A stretch of DNA of 8,196 bases, from contig CAXIUT010000027.1 in assembly GCA_964035545.1 (NCBI GenBank), forward strand, positions 1 to 8,196, read 5' to 3'. Source of the DNA: Bugula neritina. Lineage: Eukaryota; Animalia; Bryozoa. The notes under the pieces were generated by a model. It was not told where the DNA came from. It did no database searches and saw nothing but the letters and a program-made list of their open reading frames with translations. Numbering within the stretch: the first letter of the stretch is position 1; each line of letters opens with the position of its first letter. The position numbers and the translations under genes were made by a program. Below, one piece after another: positions 6,695-8,196 of the stretch.

Positions 6695-7934
6695 TCATTC
6701 ATAACTTTCTTCTTCTTTGCTTTCATAAATAACTTCAAAAATTTAATATTCAAGAACTTTAAATCTATTTCCATCAACTGTCCCTGCAAACCTGTTATAA
6801 CCTTATTGATTATCTTTATATTTGTTCTAATTTTCAAAAACATATGTCTTAGGTGCATAGTAAGATTATAAGTTTGTATCGCATTTATCAGATATTTATA
6901 TATCAGCTCCACTTCCAAAGATAGGACCATATTTACTACTACAGTAAATCAATCTTTTTCCAGTTTTTGGCATTAATTTTTATTTATTTGTTAATGAAAA
7001 AATAAAAGCTTCTTTATTTTAATCGTTAACCCAATTCACTTATTCACTTACTTCATTCCATTTGTATTTAGTGAAACCTCCAATTATTTTCTAAAATTCA
7101 GTTTTTATCAAAGTTAAAGTATTTGGTATATTATCACAACTTTTATGAAAGGCTTTAGAACTAAATTTATTTTTTGAAGCTCTGAAAAGAAGTTTGATAT
7201 TTTTAGGATAATCAAGAGCCTTTTCCAAGAATAGTTTTTGCTATTTTACTTACTATTTATCCTATTTTCTAAGAATAGTTGAATCTATTTGCATTTATTA
7301 AGTTTTATCTTTCATCTTTTGATTTTTTTGTTCATTTTTTGATTTCTTTTCAACTGTATTTTAGTTTTGAAGTTCTTCTATCAAATTTAGTTTAAAATTA
7401 GTTATTTAATTTAAAGTTACCTCCAATTTCTATGAATATTCATGAAGAAGACTAACCACTCTTTTATTATTGTTGTTTTTTCTAAGTTGATCACATATTT
7501 ATCTGGCTTATTGTCCTGTAATTCTTCTTTAATTTTTTCTAATATAAATTTCATTAACTAAGTCTCTAGATTTAGTCTGAAATCCTTCTAAAGAAAATGA
7601 GCTTAGCAAACTATTGGTGACTTTGTTTAATATTTTATATTAGTCCCTGATCAATTTAGATAATACTACCAATAAGTTTTTGACTTTATCTCATTTTTTG
7701 GTTAAGACTGGCAGTAATATCACTCAATTCAGTCAAAGGATGAAGTGGATGCACTTAGTATCCACAGTAAGTGCAATCTCTATCGCTACAGATAAGTGAG
7801 TTTTAGCAAGATGAGTGAGTGCATAGCTTGGTAACTTTATTACCAGATGGACAAAATATTGATGGATCTGAAACTTTCATACTTGTGATGATGGCATCAA
7901 GATCGTTGTTGTCTTCAATAGCTTATTCTTTCAT
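6695..7934 (-). CDS. TLDc-domain protein with N-terminal Cys/His cluster and predicted coiled-coil linker (~412 aa; one frame correction needed, most likely near 7594-7600)
   Basis: ATG 7934 MKEXAIEDNNDLDAIITSMKVSDPSIFCPSG. The C-terminal part (~7288-6720) has TLDc motifs IDSTIL, KLLFRASKNKFSSKAFHKSCDNIPNTLTLIKTE, IIGGFT, EAFIFSLT, YGPIFGSGADI.ISDKC and FKVLEYXIF; stop TGA 6697-6695. The span is 1240 nt (3n+1): the first frame stops at TGA 7553-7551 while the second frame is already open, so the exact switch point is uncertain. Confidence 0.88.
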
Positions 7935-8069
7935 AATCTTTTAAAAATAGAAGTAATAAATGCGGATAAAACAGTTTAAATATATAAAATTATTGATTAA
8001 AATATGAAATTATTATTAATAATTAACTATTTTAACCATTTTGATGATAGATAATTCATATATTTTTAA

Positions 8070-8196
8070 TTGGGGTTGGGGTTGGGGTTGGGGTTGGGGT
8101 TGGGGTTGGGGTTGGGGTTGGGGTTGGGGTTGGGGTTGGGGTTGGGGTTGGGGTTGGGGTTGGGGTTGGGGTTGGGGTTGGGGGGTTGGGGTTGGG
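8070..8196 (+). repeat. Right telomere (TTGGGG)n, 127 nt, one G6 variant at 8180-8185
   Basis: G-rich hexamer array running to the window end, terminating in TTGGG. Confidence 0.98.

Noticed and set aside
6691-6930. ORF-track 79-aa ORF on the - strand
   Set aside because: Alternative frame over the TLDc C-terminus; the TLDc motifs are in a different frame.
8180-8185. G6 variant repeat in the right telomere
   Set aside because: A single homopolymer-length variant cannot be distinguished from sequencing error.

Overview
This is AT-rich ciliate macronuclear DNA, and the supplied standard-code ORF track is misleading: TAA/TAG are sense codons, TGA is the only stop, and none of the five listed ORFs is a real gene. 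The window opens with a (CCCCAA)n telomere (1-89), has an internal (GGGGTT)n tract (5024-5113) and ends in (TTGGGG)n (8070-8196). Segment A (1-5111) looks like a complete ~5.1 kb telomere-to-telomere minichromosome. It carries two paralogous ~610-aa two-transmembrane proteins flanking a Ser/Thr kinase fragment (N-lobe only) that has a 20-nt intron. Segment B (5114-8196) has no left telomere and carries two minus-strand genes: a GRDP-like (DUF1399) protein, and a protein with a Cys/His cluster, a predicted coiled coil and a TLDc domain. Three of the four long genes need one frame correction each, probably homopolymer read errors. The most interesting signals are: (i) TAA/TAG align mostly with Glu but repeatedly also with Gln, suggesting the peritrich-type code or possibly ambiguous decoding; (ii) gene-sized chromosome organisation with C4A2 telomeres; (iii) a one-sided internal telomere in the same terminal register as both window ends; (iv) the channel-like architecture of the two-TM paralogs. 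All translations and counts were done by hand. In the protein strings X marks TAA or TAG.
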